From Selaginella moellendorffii (taxonomy: Eukaryota; Plantae; Lycopodiophyta): a stretch of 64,000 nt of DNA. A program made the position numbers and the translations under genes. Position 1 is the first letter of the stretch. Each line of letters begins with the position of its first letter. The notes under the pieces were generated by a model that made no database searches, was not told where the DNA came from, and saw nothing but the letters and a program-made list of their open reading frames with translations. The DNA lies in the NCBI RefSeq assembly GCF_000143415.4, contig NW_003314361.1, positions 186,001 to 250,000 of the forward strand. The letters are read 5' to 3'. This document shows positions 1 through 13,214 of this stretch, one piece after another.

Positions 1-2697
1 CGTCCACCCGCAAAGTCGTTGCTCCAAACGTTCTCCACCACTTCCAAGGAGACGCTCTTCCCCGACGATCCGTTTCGACACTTTCGCAACAAGCCGTCGC
101 ACCGCCAGGCCATCATGCTGATGCAATACTTTTTCCCCATTCTCGACTGGCTTCCAAAGTACAAGCTCGGCTTCCTCAAGAATGACTTCATCGCTGGCAT
201 CACCACAGCAAGCCTGTCAATCCCCCAGGTAACTTTCCATCACGTAGCCATTCTTCCAGCTGCTAAAGAGCTTGTCACTGTCTGTCAACCGCAGGGAATC
301 GCTTATGCCAAGCTCGCAAACTTGCCACCAGTTGTAGGACTATGTAAGTGACGTCCTTTCTCTTTGCACTGGCCCGAGTAAACTAACGCTGGAAACTTTG
401 CTTTGAAGATTCGTGCTTTCTCCCGCCGATGGTGTATGCCATCTTTGGCAGCTCCCGGGACTTGGCCGTAGGACCAGCTGCGGTCATCTCCATTGTGCTG
501 GGAACTCTCATCCGAGAGGACCTCGGACCCGAAGTAACGGACCCGCGAGCACACTTGAGCCTCGCTTTTACTTCCACCTTTTTTGCAGGCCTCTTCCAAT
601 TCTCGCTGGGATTTCTCAGGTCAGCCTTCGGTTTCTCGTGTCTTTGTCTGTGCTCGAGGAACACTGCTGTAAAATTTTGTTTTGCTTGGTGGCAGGCTTG
701 GCTTTGTCATTGACTTCCTATCGCACGCAGCGACTGTCGGGTTCGTAGCCGGGGTGGCGGTTGCTGTGTGCCTTCAGCAGATGAGAGGCATCCTCGGCAT
801 CCAAAACTTCACCAAGAAATCGGACGTTGTCTCCGTTTTACATTCCATCTTCCGTGACCCAGCACATGTAAGGTGTCAGCTCGCCTGTCGCAATACGTCG
901 GAAGGATGAGCCTCGAAAAAGGATATACTAGAGCAAGTACTGACGACAGCCGGCTTGTTTCGTGTTGGTATTGTGTTGGCAGTGGAACTGGCGAACCGTT
1001 GTGATTGGGATCTGCTTCCTCACCTTCCTTCTGGGAATGAGGCAAATCGTAAGTTGACAGCCAGGAAGAGAAAAGGAAAAGAAAGCTAACGACGTGGTGC
1101 TTGTCTGTGCAGAGCAAAAGGAACAAGAAACTCTTCTGGCTTTCAGCTATCGCACCTGTAACATCGGTGTTCCTGGCAACGGTGTGTGTGTTTGCAACGC
1201 ACGCCAACGAGCACCTCAGCATTGTAATCTTTTCTTTCGCTCGCTCTTGCACCGTAAGTTACTTGCTTGTTCGTAGGTAGGACAGCTCAGGAAAGGGATC
1301 AATCCTCCATCCTTCAAGGAGCTACACCTGACCGGGCCTCTGGTATCAAAGGCAATGAAAAACGGGGTCATTGTAGCAATCATCGGTCTCATGGTACGTA
1401 CCAAAGTGGCTATCACGGATCATGGTTGACTGAAGAGTTTGTGTCCACAGGAAGCTATTGCAGTGGGACGAACATTTGCATCGATCAAGAACTATCATAT
1501 CGACGGCAACAAGGAGATGATCGCTTTTGGAATGGTGAACATGACGGGGTCTTGCATGTCCTGCTACATCACGACTGGTTAGTCATGCAAGGAAAAAAAG
1601 AGAACTTACACTTCGCTGATTGATGCTGATCGATCATATAACTTCCAGGAGCAATGTCGCGAACGGCAGTGAACAACAGCGCGGGATGTAAGACGTCGCT
1701 GTCGTGCATTTTCATGGCGCTCATCGTCATGGTAACACTTCTCGCCTTGACACCGCTCTTCCACTACACGCCCAACGTCATCCTCTCTGTAATAATCTTC
1801 TCCGCTCTCATCACACTCATCGATCCCGTGGAAGCGTACCACATCTGGAAGGTTGACAAGATCGACTTTCTGGCCTGCCTGGGAGCGTTTCTCGGCGTCT
1901 GCTTCCAGTCCATTCAGCTGGGATTACTCATAGCGGTGAGTCCACCAAAAGCATGCAAAGAAGTACCATGATTTTGTGGAACTTTTAACTTCCAGGTTGC
2001 CATCTCCATAGGAAAGATTTTGCTGCATGTCAGCCGGCCACACACAGCAACGTTAGGCAAGATTGCTGGCACCAGCATCTATAGGAGCATCGAGCAATAC
2101 CCCAAAGCTGTAAGGATCCCGGGAGTTCTCATAGTTCGCATAGACGCGTCCATTTACTTCTCAAACTCCAACTACATACGAGAAAGGTTAGTTAGTCCTC
2201 CTGTTACACAAAGTCTAAAAGGCGTGTGTAATCTATCCCCAGGCTGACGAGATATATAGAGGAAGAGCAAGGGAGAGACAAGCTTCCGGGTGAAAGCGCA
2301 TTAAAATACCTCATACTCGACCTCACACGTACGCTCATCACACATTCTTAACCTTTCTCTCTGTCTCTCTGATGTAACACTCACCCATGATCAGCGGTCA
2401 TGACCATCGACACGTCTGGGCTTCACGTCCTGGGAGAGATTCTCAGAAATCTAAACTTGATGGAAATGCAGGTGAATCTTTCTCTCTTTTTCTTCTCTCA
2501 AAAGCTAAAGTTAAAAAACAATGCAGCTGGCTCTAGCGAACCCAGGGGCAAACCTCATAGAAACTCTACACAAGTCGGGTTTCGTGGAGAAGCTGGGCGA
2601 GCAATGGGTGTTCCTGACAGTGGACGACGCAGTGGAGTACTGCTCAGTCAATTTGCAAAAGATGAAGGAGATGCCAGAAGTGACCATACAAAGATGA
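1..2697 (+). CDS. SULTR: Sulfate transporter (SULTR/SLC26, STAS domain), copy 1; 5' end lies outside the window; multi-exon
   Basis: Exons encode ETLFPDDPF, PQGIAYAKLANLPPVVGL, GSSRDLAVGP, EAIAVGRTFA, NYHIDGNKEM, SRTAVN and STAS motif IDASIYFSNSNYIRER; GT-AG introns; stop TGA at 2695-2697. Confidence 0.95.
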
Positions 2698-4573
2698 TGG
2701 GAGGAAAAAAGAAAAAGGACTGATTGAGAAATAGAGGAGAGATCGACACCAAAGTTTTGGGGACTGACGAACAGTCAACAAAGCAAGCAAAGTAGCTCGT
2801 ACCTTGGAGGGCGCCCAAGTTGAGCACCGAGTGGAATGGGGGAATGGAAAATGGAACCCTTGTTTTGGTAGTGAAACTTCTAAGTTTAGAAGACACTAGA
2901 TAAACATAAAGAAGAATCCCACTCTGGATTGTTCTTCCCGCAGTGTGGGTGTGTGTGCGTCCCTGGCCTAGCCTGCTTTGAATCTCAATCTTCGTGTTCT
3001 TCTTTGCGAAAAGATTCCAATCTCCTTTTGAAAATGCAGCCGGGCGATCGAGCTTTTTTTCTCTTCTTTCTTCTTTTTTACTGAAGTACACTGTCCTGTT
3101 GTGGCATGCTCAGCCAATTGTTCTCCCCTGCAGGCATTGTTCCCCACCAATGACCAACCTTTTCCACATATCAACTTGCTTTTGACATCAAATGTCAAGC
3201 TTCTCTTTCCCTCTTCTGGAGCGATTGATTGATGGAAGCGAGTGCAAGCCGACGTCACCAGGAAGAAATAATGATCTGACCAACACATCCGAATCGAGGC
3301 CAAGCTCGATCTCGAGAAAGAGGTCGTCCGGAAAGCTTCTTTCAGGAGCATACAATATATCAAAAAATGGAGGGAGGGTGGGTGCATAATTTGCTCATGT
3401 GATTGTCGTTTCCATTGCTGGTCGACTTGGGCTCCAACCAATGCCACTCAAGAAGAAATCCACAGGTGAGGAATAAATATCATGGCAGATCTCTCTGGGG
3501 GTGAGTGGCAAAACACACGATTTTTATTACTCCAATTGAAGAAGCACGTCTGCCCATGAATCCAACTATGTCATGCTTTCTTGCTCTTCTATTACATATT
3601 ACATGATCAGTGCACCACCTCCATGCATGAGTTTTTTAATCTATATCCAGAAGCCATGGAGGCAGAGCCCATTTAAAGCACGAGAGAATCTCCCTCACAC
3701 AGGAGCCTTAATCGTTTCGTTTGCGTGACTGGGGAGAAGTTCCGAGGCGTGGCACCGTAGAGTTGTCCGAAATTAAATTGAAAGCGCAAGGTGGTGATCG
3801 TGTTGAATCAAACTGGTTGTGAAAAGGATGATCTCAAAAACATTGCCTTCACCGACCAGCGGAATCGAATATGTTCGTGACCACGGACACTGGTGCATGA
3901 GCCTAGAGACATCTCGAATCTTCAAAAAAATTGCATCTGCGATCGACACCTCCCGCTCTCCTTTTCTCTAGCGCTGGCCAGCGATCGGACCCAGCGCTTT
4001 ACATGTATGCATAGATAAGATTGGAATTTTTACGGCTGATCGCCGAGCTCATCGCGTAAAGCACTGGAACATGGCAAACAGGAGCTGTTGTGTCGCCCAA
4101 GCGCATAACCCAAATGCCCAAAGAACCACCTGAAAAACAAGGAAAAGAAAGATGATCGATCGAATATGCGTGAGAATATTGGAAGAGAAATATGTGGAGC
4201 GTGTACTTAAGTACACACTTTGAGCCGAGGTGGCGGTCCACGCGGGTCTCGGTGGTCCTTGTGAATCTATCATATGTATAATGGGGGTGAGCTTGGAAAA
4301 AAGAATGGAGGCTAAGTTAGGCGCTCCCTTTCTCGATTCTGGGAATGCGGGCAGCATTTCTGGGTGATATAGGAATCCCGTTGGAATCCCCTGCCTATAA
4401 AGGAAAAGATCCTCGTCTCGACTCGCTATGATTTTGCCTTTTGAAAGATCATTCCTCTCAGCTCCAAGCTAGAGCTCTAAGCTCAATTGGTTCTCTTCTA
4501 ACTAGTTATAGCAAGAGACCTCGAGAGGTTTGTGTTCTTTGATCAATAGTGTTTTTACCACCAATTGGCGACC

Positions 4574-7518
4574 ATGGATGAGCACAAGATTGACGAGCAG
4601 CAACAAGCTGGGCAGCTGGAGAGCTACCAGAACAGATCAGGGGAGAGCCGCGGAGGCGTGGAACAGTCCTTGTCCCGGATCGTGTCGGGTTCGTCGGAGC
4701 GATACATCGTGCAGCCGGGCTCCATCAATGTGCACAGCATGCAGGAGGTGCAGCGAGCGCCGCGCAAGAGCGCGTTCCGGAAATTGTCTTCGGCGTCCAG
4801 GGAGACGCTCTTCCCGGACGATCCCTTCCGCCACTTCAAGAACCAGCCACCCGTCACCAAGCTCGCCATGGCTGCCCAGTACGTCTTCCCCATCCTCGAG
4901 TGGCTGCCCAAGTACAAGCAAGCCTACTTCAAGAGCGATCTCATCGCCGGGATCACCATCGCCAGCCTCTCCATCCCACAAGTAAAGCTTCTAAGTTCTA
5001 TCTAGCTACTCTGAATCTTTCACTCCGATGATCTGGAAACAGGGAATCGCGTACGCAAGGCTCGCGGGTCTGCCTGCAGTGCTGGGGCTATGTAAGAAAG
5101 CACACACAAGCTCTTCGTCATGCTCCAAAGTTGATAATCGCTTTTGTCCTTGTAGACACTTGCGTCGTCCCGCCCGTGATCTACGCACTCTTCGGGAGCT
5201 CCAAGGATGTGGCCATGGGTCCCGAGGCGGTGTTCGCGCTGCTGCTGGGAAGCCTGGTGCGATCGGAGCTGGGCGCTCACAACGAGAGCGTCGAGGACCA
5301 TCTCCGCCTCGCCTTCATGGCCGTCTTCTTTGCCGGCTTGTTCCAGGCGATGCTCGGCTTCTTCAGGTAAAGTACAAGTAGGGCTCTTCTTCCTTGCGAT
5401 AGGTGATCACATTCGCACCATGTCAGGCTGGGCTTTGTCATCGATTTCCTCTCCCACGCCACCACCGTGGGCTTCATGTCGGGGGCGTCGCTGGTGGTGG
5501 CGCTCCAGCAGTTCAAAGGCATTCTCGGGCTCACGCACTTCACCAGGAAGTCTGATATCGTCTCGGTCGTGCACTCCATCTTCCAGCACCCCTCCCAGGT
5601 CGGTTTTCCTTGTGAGATCTCCTACCTAGAGAAGCTTCAACTTGTTCGTCTTAACGTTTGATGGGCAGTGGAACTGGAGGACCATCGTGTTTGGCGTCTT
5701 CTTCATCTCGCTGCTGACGACGGCCAGAGTGATTGTAAGTTTGGCTTTGCGTGCGATGATCTTGATGGCGATCACATATAAGACACATATATAAGTCAGC
5801 TGGCGTTGTTTGCAGAGCAAGCGAAAAAAGCGTCTGTTTTGGGTGTCGGCAGTGGCCCCCGTTACATCCGTCGCCCTCTCCACGCTCATCGTCTTCCTCA
5901 CGCGGGCCGACCACCACAACGTTGGCATCGTAAGTTCTTCCTTCCCGAGCAGTAGTAGTAGTATAACTCCTCGGGCAAACTCTATATATACAGGTCGGGA
6001 ACTTGAGGAAGGGATTGAATCCGCCATCTCTACGCTACTTGTCCTTCCACGGCCCATTCCTCGTCAAATCTGTCAAGATTGGGATGGTGCTTGGCCTCGT
6101 GGGACTCATGGTAATTCTTGTCAATCGCTTTGGTAACTCGGAGGCTTGGTGTTGAGTAATTCATTCAGAGAAACATGCTTGCCTTGGCAGCAAGTCATCC
6201 TGGTGGGCCGAACGTTTGCGTCGCTTAAAAACTACCACATTGATGGGAACAAGGAGATGATCGCCAGCGGCATGATCAACTTGATTGGCTCCTGCTTGTC
6301 GTGCATGGGATCATCTGGTAAGACTAGAGCATCTTTACGCATGATCGAAGCATAACTTTCATTGTTGATGCAGCGGCGATGTCCCGGACCGCAGTGAACC
6401 ACAACGCCGGCTGCAAGACACCGGTTTCTAGCATTGTCATGTCGGCTCTAGTCATGGTGACCCTTGTGGCACTCACGCCGCTCTTCCACTACACTCCCAA
6501 CGTTATACTCTCGGTCATCATCTTCTGCGCGCTCGTGGGCTTGATCGATCCGGTCGCAGCTTACGAGATATGGAAGGTGGACAAGATCGACTTCCTGGCG
6601 TGCATGGGAGCATTCTTCGGTGTTATCTTCCATTCCATCCCTCTGGGACTTTCGGTGGCGGTAAGCTTGAGTTCCGAAGAACTCATGTTTGAGAAAGGAA
6701 TGCTCGTTATCCGAAACTAACGCGATCGAGACCATGGCTCGCAGGTTGGCATCTCTGTGCTCAAGGTACTGCTGCACGTCACCAGGCCTCATGCTGCGAT
6801 CCTGGGAAAGATTCCGGGGACGAGCATCTATCGGAGTATCGAGCAGTATCCACAGGCCATTCGAGTACCGGGGATCTTGGTCGTCCGCATCGAAGCCGCG
6901 ATTTACTTCTCCAATGCCAATTACGTCAGAGAAAGGTAAATTCACTTTCGCGTAGGTACGGTGTTTTCGATCAAGCCTTTGAAACGGGAGAACAGTGACA
7001 AAGCTTGTTTCTTTCATGGTGGCTCTCAGGATCATAAGATGGATAGAGCAGGAGACGAATCTCGCAAAGGCCTCGCCTCTCAGATTTCTCGTAATCGATC
7101 TCTCTCGTAAGCTTCTTTCTGTTCTTGCGCATGTAACACTATTGGACGCCGTGTTTCAGCTGTCATGAGCATCGACACGTCGGGAATCCACGCCTTTGTG
7201 GAGATCCACAGGGCGCTCAAGGCGTCAGACATTCAGGTAGAGGGATTCGTTGAATCACCTTTCTTTTTGTCTTTCTTTTGACATGGATTTCCATCTAATG
7301 CGCAGCTAGTTCTAGCGAATCCTGGAGCCGAAGTGATTGAGAGGCTGCACAGGGGTGGCTTTGTCGATATCTTGGGACAGCGGTGGATCTCCTTGACTGT
7401 GGACGACGCGGTTCACTACTGCTCCATGCAGCTCCCACGAGACAATAACGTAGACAACCACGAGGACGTCAGCGAGTGCGATGTTATCGTCCAGATCATA
7501 CCAAAGTTTGGCCTGTGA
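4574..7518 (+). CDS. SULTR: Sulfate transporter-like (SULTR/SLC26), tandem copy 2, with altered anion-site residues
   Basis: Same exon layout as copy 1; MDEHKIDE...ETLFPDDPF, QGIAYA, GPEAV, QVILVGRTFA, STAS; ends IIPKFGL*. Confidence 0.93.
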
Positions 7519-7658
7519 TCTCCTTTCGCCTGTACACTACTTAACACCCAATAACTTATTCGCTGTATATTCCTTGCCCGATCTATACAGAAGAGAGAGT
7601 TTCGTGTGAGTCTTGTTAGCTCCTAGGGCTGGGAGAGAGAGCTCCAGGAGGGCGCGGA

Positions 7659-10600
7659 ATGGAGGAAGCGGTGGCAGCGCTATCCACATTTTCTTTGGAG
7701 GTAAGCGCAAGCGCCTTGTGATTCCATGGATGAAAACAGAGCTTTGCCGCTGCTCCAGGGCAACCAGCCGGACATTCAAGGGCTTGCTGTCACGCTTCTC
7801 ACTGGCAAGAATGCGTCTCAAAGTCCTCTCGGTAATACACGATCGCATTCTACTTAGTACTAGCTAGGGAGTATGGATCTCTCGCTCGCTCACTCGATGA
7901 AAAAACCTGGCAGATTACGAGGATGTTGCTGCTTACCAGCTACAACTCACGGAAGACTCCAAGTCGATCAATCAGCTGGTTTGTTGGTTTTCTCTGGACG
8001 ACTTCTTACTTATATCGAGATTTACAGAATGTGCTGGTGGAGCAAGGCAACGAGATGGTTTCTATCCTCTATACGTATCGCAGCTGTGTCAAGGCTCTTC
8101 CACAGGTAGCTATTGCAAAGTTTGTTCCAAGACTCTCTCGACTTGCTCGACTCACTTGGCTCTCTTCTTATAATGGATCGGTAGCTCCCCGACTCCATGA
8201 AACAGAGCCAGGCAGATTTGTACCTGGAAACGTACCAAGTGCTCGACATTGAGATCGGTCGCTTACGTGACATCCAGCGCTGGCAAACAACAGCCGCGTC
8301 AAAAGTATGATATGATTTTTCGAGTGCTTCTGTAAGTGCTCATTATTTTCACAGCTCGCAGGCAATATGCAAAAGTTCTGTCGGCCGGAGAGAAGAATTA
8401 ATGGTCCAACCGTGACACATATGTGGTATGTGATACTTCATTGTTTTTCGTTTTGCATCACAACTTCCAAGCATACAGGTGTATTCTAAAGCTTCTCGAT
8501 GTTCTTTTGCAACTCGACCATTTGAAGAATGCAAAAGCAAGCATCCCAAATGATTTTTCGTGGTACAAGAGGTGAGATCACTATTAATTGCGTTCTTTCT
8601 TTTTCCCTGCCGCTGGACTATTTGATTTCACAGGACGTTCACTCAAATAAGCACCCAGTGGCCGGATACGGATTCCATGAGAGAAGAACTGGATGACCTG
8701 CAGGTATCTCTACTTTTTCTCCATACCTTGAGGTTTATAATTGTGCAGATTTTCCTGAGTACAAGATGGGCCATCTTGCTTAATATACAGGCAGAACTTT
8801 TCCGAGTGAACAAGTATGCTTTGTTCGCCTTTCCGTTTTTCTTACATGAGCTTGAACAGCTTGGAAGACCTCCTTCAAGTTTTGATCAACTTCTGCCTGG
8901 ATGCATTGGAGTCCGACCATGTTGTCCTTTACTCCGAGAGGCATGTATTGCTCAGGGTGCTACCCGTTCTGGTGGTTCTCGCCATTTCCTCTGAGAAAGA
9001 AGGCGACTCAACATTCAAGAAGATCAAAATAAACAGGCTCATCCGGGTGTTTCGGGTACATTTCATTTCCAGTTTCCTTCTGATAAATGATTTGTTTCTG
9101 TTGTTAGAGTGATCCGGTAATTCCCGCATTTCCAGATCTTCACCTTTCGCCTGCAAGCATGCTGAAAGAACTGTCGCCTTACTTTCGGAAAGTTGCGGCT
9201 CAAAGCAGACTGACGTCGTTGCCTGCACCCCACGAACTTGCTCCCCGTGAAGCTTTAGAATATCCTTTCTCTGGTGGCCATGTTTTTATTTTCTTTTTGT
9301 CGCCTTGACGAGGAGAACGTATCAGAAAGAGTACCTGATCATACATCACATGCCTGCCATTCGCTTCGCTCATGACGAGTTCTGCTTGCATTTTGCTGCT
9401 GCGATAAACAAGGTAAGAAGCTCATTGTATGTGTCGAGTAATATTCCGACCATTTTTTATTCTTTGCAGCTCCAACTTCTAAAGTGTGCCAGAAACGTAG
9501 ACGAGGCTCTCAGTACCAAGATCAAGGAGGATGTCTACATGGCAATTCTTGAAGGCTTTCAGTGTCTTAGTGAATGGACAGGCCGCGTGTGGGAGCAGTG
9601 TGCTTGGAAGTTCTCCAGACCTTCAAAAGAAGCCACTCCATACGACGAGGATGTCTCAGCTGTTGTCACAGACTATGAGAAGGTATGGCTGGCATGTCGA
9701 TTAAGATGCTACGTTTTGAGCGTTTGGTTTTAAGGTTGTACGCTGCAACTATTCCCCCGAAGAAAGGAAAGCTATGGTGGAGCTGATAAGCTATATCAAG
9801 GGTGTTGGCTCCATGCTGGAGCACGTTGATACTCAAGTTGCCGAGACAGTGTGCGAAGTCATACATTCGCAATTGCAAGACTTTGTGCAAAACAAGCTTT
9901 CCTTGATGCTGCGAACTTCCATGAAGAAAAAGAAAGAACTATCTCGGTAAGGACATTATTACATCAAAATAACTGGTGCGCATTGTTGTTTTGATCTTAG
10001 AATCGTTACTGAGATGAGGACCATCGCAGCGGACTGGACAAATAGTAATGGTGATCAAGAGAAAGGATCTTTCAGGAAGACGAAAGATGAAACTGATAGA
10101 TTTCCAATCACGGTTCGGGCTACAGCTCCTACGGCTGCCCAGGTTTGTAGCCTTTCGGCATTCTCTTTAAATCTATTTGACTTTTCTCCTTTCAGCTTCA
10201 TTGCCTGCAATTTCTGATCCACGAACTTATCTCTGGGAGTCCCAAGAAAGCTGCAGTATTTTTCGGAAGTAACGAAACTGAGATCGCATCAGCCGACATG
10301 AAACAACTCGACTTGTTCTTCAACAAGCTGGCGTTTTACCCCTACATCCTCGATTACAAAGGTGAATTTATGCATTTCATTCTCTGCATGCTTCCTAAAA
10401 CATGATAATTCAGCTACGATTTTTCATGTCACCGATCTCGGATTTATCTGGTTCCGTGAGTTTTATCTGGAGACTTCTCGTGTAATACAGGTACTCGCTG
10501 TCAAGTATTCTACTGACGTTACTGGTTCTTTGAATGCATGTTACAGTTTCCTATCGAGTGTTCTTTTCCGTGGATGCTGGTGGATTATATACTAGAATCT

Positions 10601-13214
10601 CAAGATGCTGCTTTACTCGAGAGCGTCTTGGTGCCATTTGATATTTATAATGACTCTGCAGAGCATGCGCTCCGTAGGCTCAAACAACGGTTTCTATACG
10701 ATGAGGTCGAGGCCGAGGTAAGTAGATTACACAAGCACGCTGGATTTACTGCCAAGTCGTCGTCTGTTACAGGTTGATTTGTGCTTTGATCAGCTGGTTT
10801 TTAAATTGAGTGAGCACATATTTTCCTACTACAAAAGTCGGGCTTCAAGGTGTGTGTGCCGGCAGCGTTAGATTTGTTGCGTAATTTACCACGTCTGTTC
10901 AGCAAGCAACTTGATGCAACGTTCGTCGCCAGTTCCGAACTTCAGGACAAATTCCGGGTATTTCCAAAACGTTACGAGCCATTGTTTCAGATGCGGCGAG
11001 TTCAGGTATTGTAATGTCCATTTTCAACTATATGTTGGCATGCTCACGTTGAACACAGATATTGGGACGGGACATAGACCTTACTTTTCTCATTGAGCAG
11101 CGACTAAACAAGATTTTCCGCGAAAATCTTGACTTTTTACTTGAGCGGTTTGAATCCCATGACCTCTGCACCATTGTGGTACGTTTAACACTTCGACTTG
11201 TGACGTTGTTCCTAACCAACTTCACAGGAGCTCGACCATTTAATTGAAATTCTCCGAGCTACGCATTGCCTTCTTGCAGATCAGCTCACTCTAGATCCAT
11301 TCAATCTGATCCTGGAGGAAATGATGGAGAATATTTCAATGGTGTCCTTTTCTTCTAGACTAGCATCGCAGGTAGAGCTCATGCTACTCGATTTCTAAAT
11401 GATTTTCCTTCTTAGATATTCTCGGAGATTCAAAATGATGTTGTTCCGAACTTCATTTTATGCAACTCAAGCTTAAGGCTCATCAGGTCACCTAAGGCCT
11501 GCCAGCGAGTCTTTCGACGTGCTCCAGTTCCCCACGCGGATTACAGTTTCCTTTGTGGCACTCCGGTAAGGTTGCTGATTGTTTTGATGTTGAGTTGACA
11601 TTCTGTTTCTTAGGACTTGAACATGGCACATGCCATGTACACCGATCTTTTCAGCAAGTTCTTTGGATTGCCTCACATGCTGTGCATAGTCAAGCTGCTG
11701 GGTTCTCGCTCGCTACCTTGGCTTATCCGAGCTTTGTTGGATCACCTTTCTCAAAAGGTCAGTGTGTGGTTTTCATTTGATCCGAGTGTTTTATTGCGTG
11801 TGCCTTTGAACAGATCACGTCGTCTCTAGATTCCAGTGTTGGTGATCTTCGTGGAGCCATGCCCAAGGCTATAAACCTCCCGACTCCAGAAGCTGGTGTT
11901 GCGGGTGAGCTACTGAGTTTGCTGGAGTTGTTATAATATTTGTTTCTTTGTGCAGGGGCAATGAAAATCCTGAAGGAGCAACTTCAGTGGGTAACAAGCT
12001 ACGAAGGGAAAGTTAACTTTATAGAATGTCTGAAGGAAATTGGAACGTTGCTCTTCCTTATGTCGTTGCTGGATATGGCAATGGTATGGTGCTGCATTTC
12101 ATTTCTTCCTTTTTTCTTGACAAAGCTTTTTGTTTTCTGGCAGAAAGAAACCGAGACGAGTCAGATGGTACAAGTAGCACCTTGGCTGGGCATTGCTCCG
12201 GGACCGAATGGCCTTCAGAGATACGCTGCTGACGCCACAGATAGCCCCTTTCTGGCTCTTTTTAAAGAGGCCGCCAGTGCGTGTGCAGCACATCCACTGT
12301 GCTTGTCGCCATCTACGTTCGTTGCAATGGGGAAGCAAGCTGAAGTTACAGGTTTGTTGTCGTCCAAGCTTGCTAACGCTAACTTAATATTCATCACAGG
12401 CTCGCTGTACATGAAAAACATCCAAACTGGTAGCGTCCTTGAGTACACACTGGCGTATCTGAGCGTTGTACTCGATAGCTTTCGGGAGAAATGGAGCTCC
12501 CCATCGAAGACGGGGCTCATCGAAATCACAACATCCAAGGAGTACCATCGCATATACAGTGGCATTCAATTCGTAAGCTTGATGCTTTTGTGTGTTTTTT
12601 TCTTTTCCTGTTCTGTTAGGATCACTGTAAACTGAAGTGCATGCACAGGTGTTTTGTGGCGAGTCACTTGCCGAGGCCGGCCCCAACTTTGAGTGTTTTG
12701 GTGACTCGGTGGCTTGGGGTGGCTGCGCTATTGTATACTTCCTTGGGCAGCAGCAACGCTTTGAGCTATTGGACTTCATTTATCATCTGTTAAGTGTAGA
12801 AGAAGCCGAGTCCGCCATCCATCACGACAGATCAAGGAAGCCAGCTCTAGTGTATGGTCCTTCATATGGACAGGTATCTTTACTTCGTATGATTATTTTT
12901 GTGAAAGGTTTACGATCATGGCATGGCTTTGTGCAGGAGCTGGAGGACTTTCTGGATAATGCAAGAAGAGCAAGGGGTCTAAATAATCACGTATTCTCAC
13001 TACTGAGAGCCCGCTCTCCTCAAGAAGACAAGTCGGCGTCCATGATCAAGCAGAGCGGGAGCGTCGTGCACAGGGTCAAGTATCCAAACACTCCTTCGGC
13101 CTTTGATTCGCTCCCTCTCAAAGGTAAGCAATAGCAAAGTGATTTTGTGTTTGAGTGCAATTTTTGAAAAACTTTCCAGGGCAGGGAGCCGAGGCTCCAA
13201 GAGCTACAACATAG
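7659..13214 (+). CDS. PIR: PIR121/SRA1/CYFIP subunit of the SCAR/WAVE complex; many exons
   Basis: MEEAVAALSTFSLE start, YTYRSCVKALP, WFREFYLETSRVIQFPIECS, QRFLYDEVEAE, FGDSVAWGGC; last short exon inferred from splice sites. Confidence 0.95.

Noticed and set aside
12-36. Possible miR395 site in SULTR copy 1 (GTTGCTCCAAACGTT)
   Set aside because: Too many mismatches to the miR395 complement
3180-3360. Minus-strand FPDDLF resembling SULTR FPDDPF; small ORFs between the SULTRs
   Set aside because: No flanking similarity, so most likely chance; no convincing hairpin either
4162-4169. Single P1BS upstream of SULTR copy 2
   Set aside because: One site is within chance expectation
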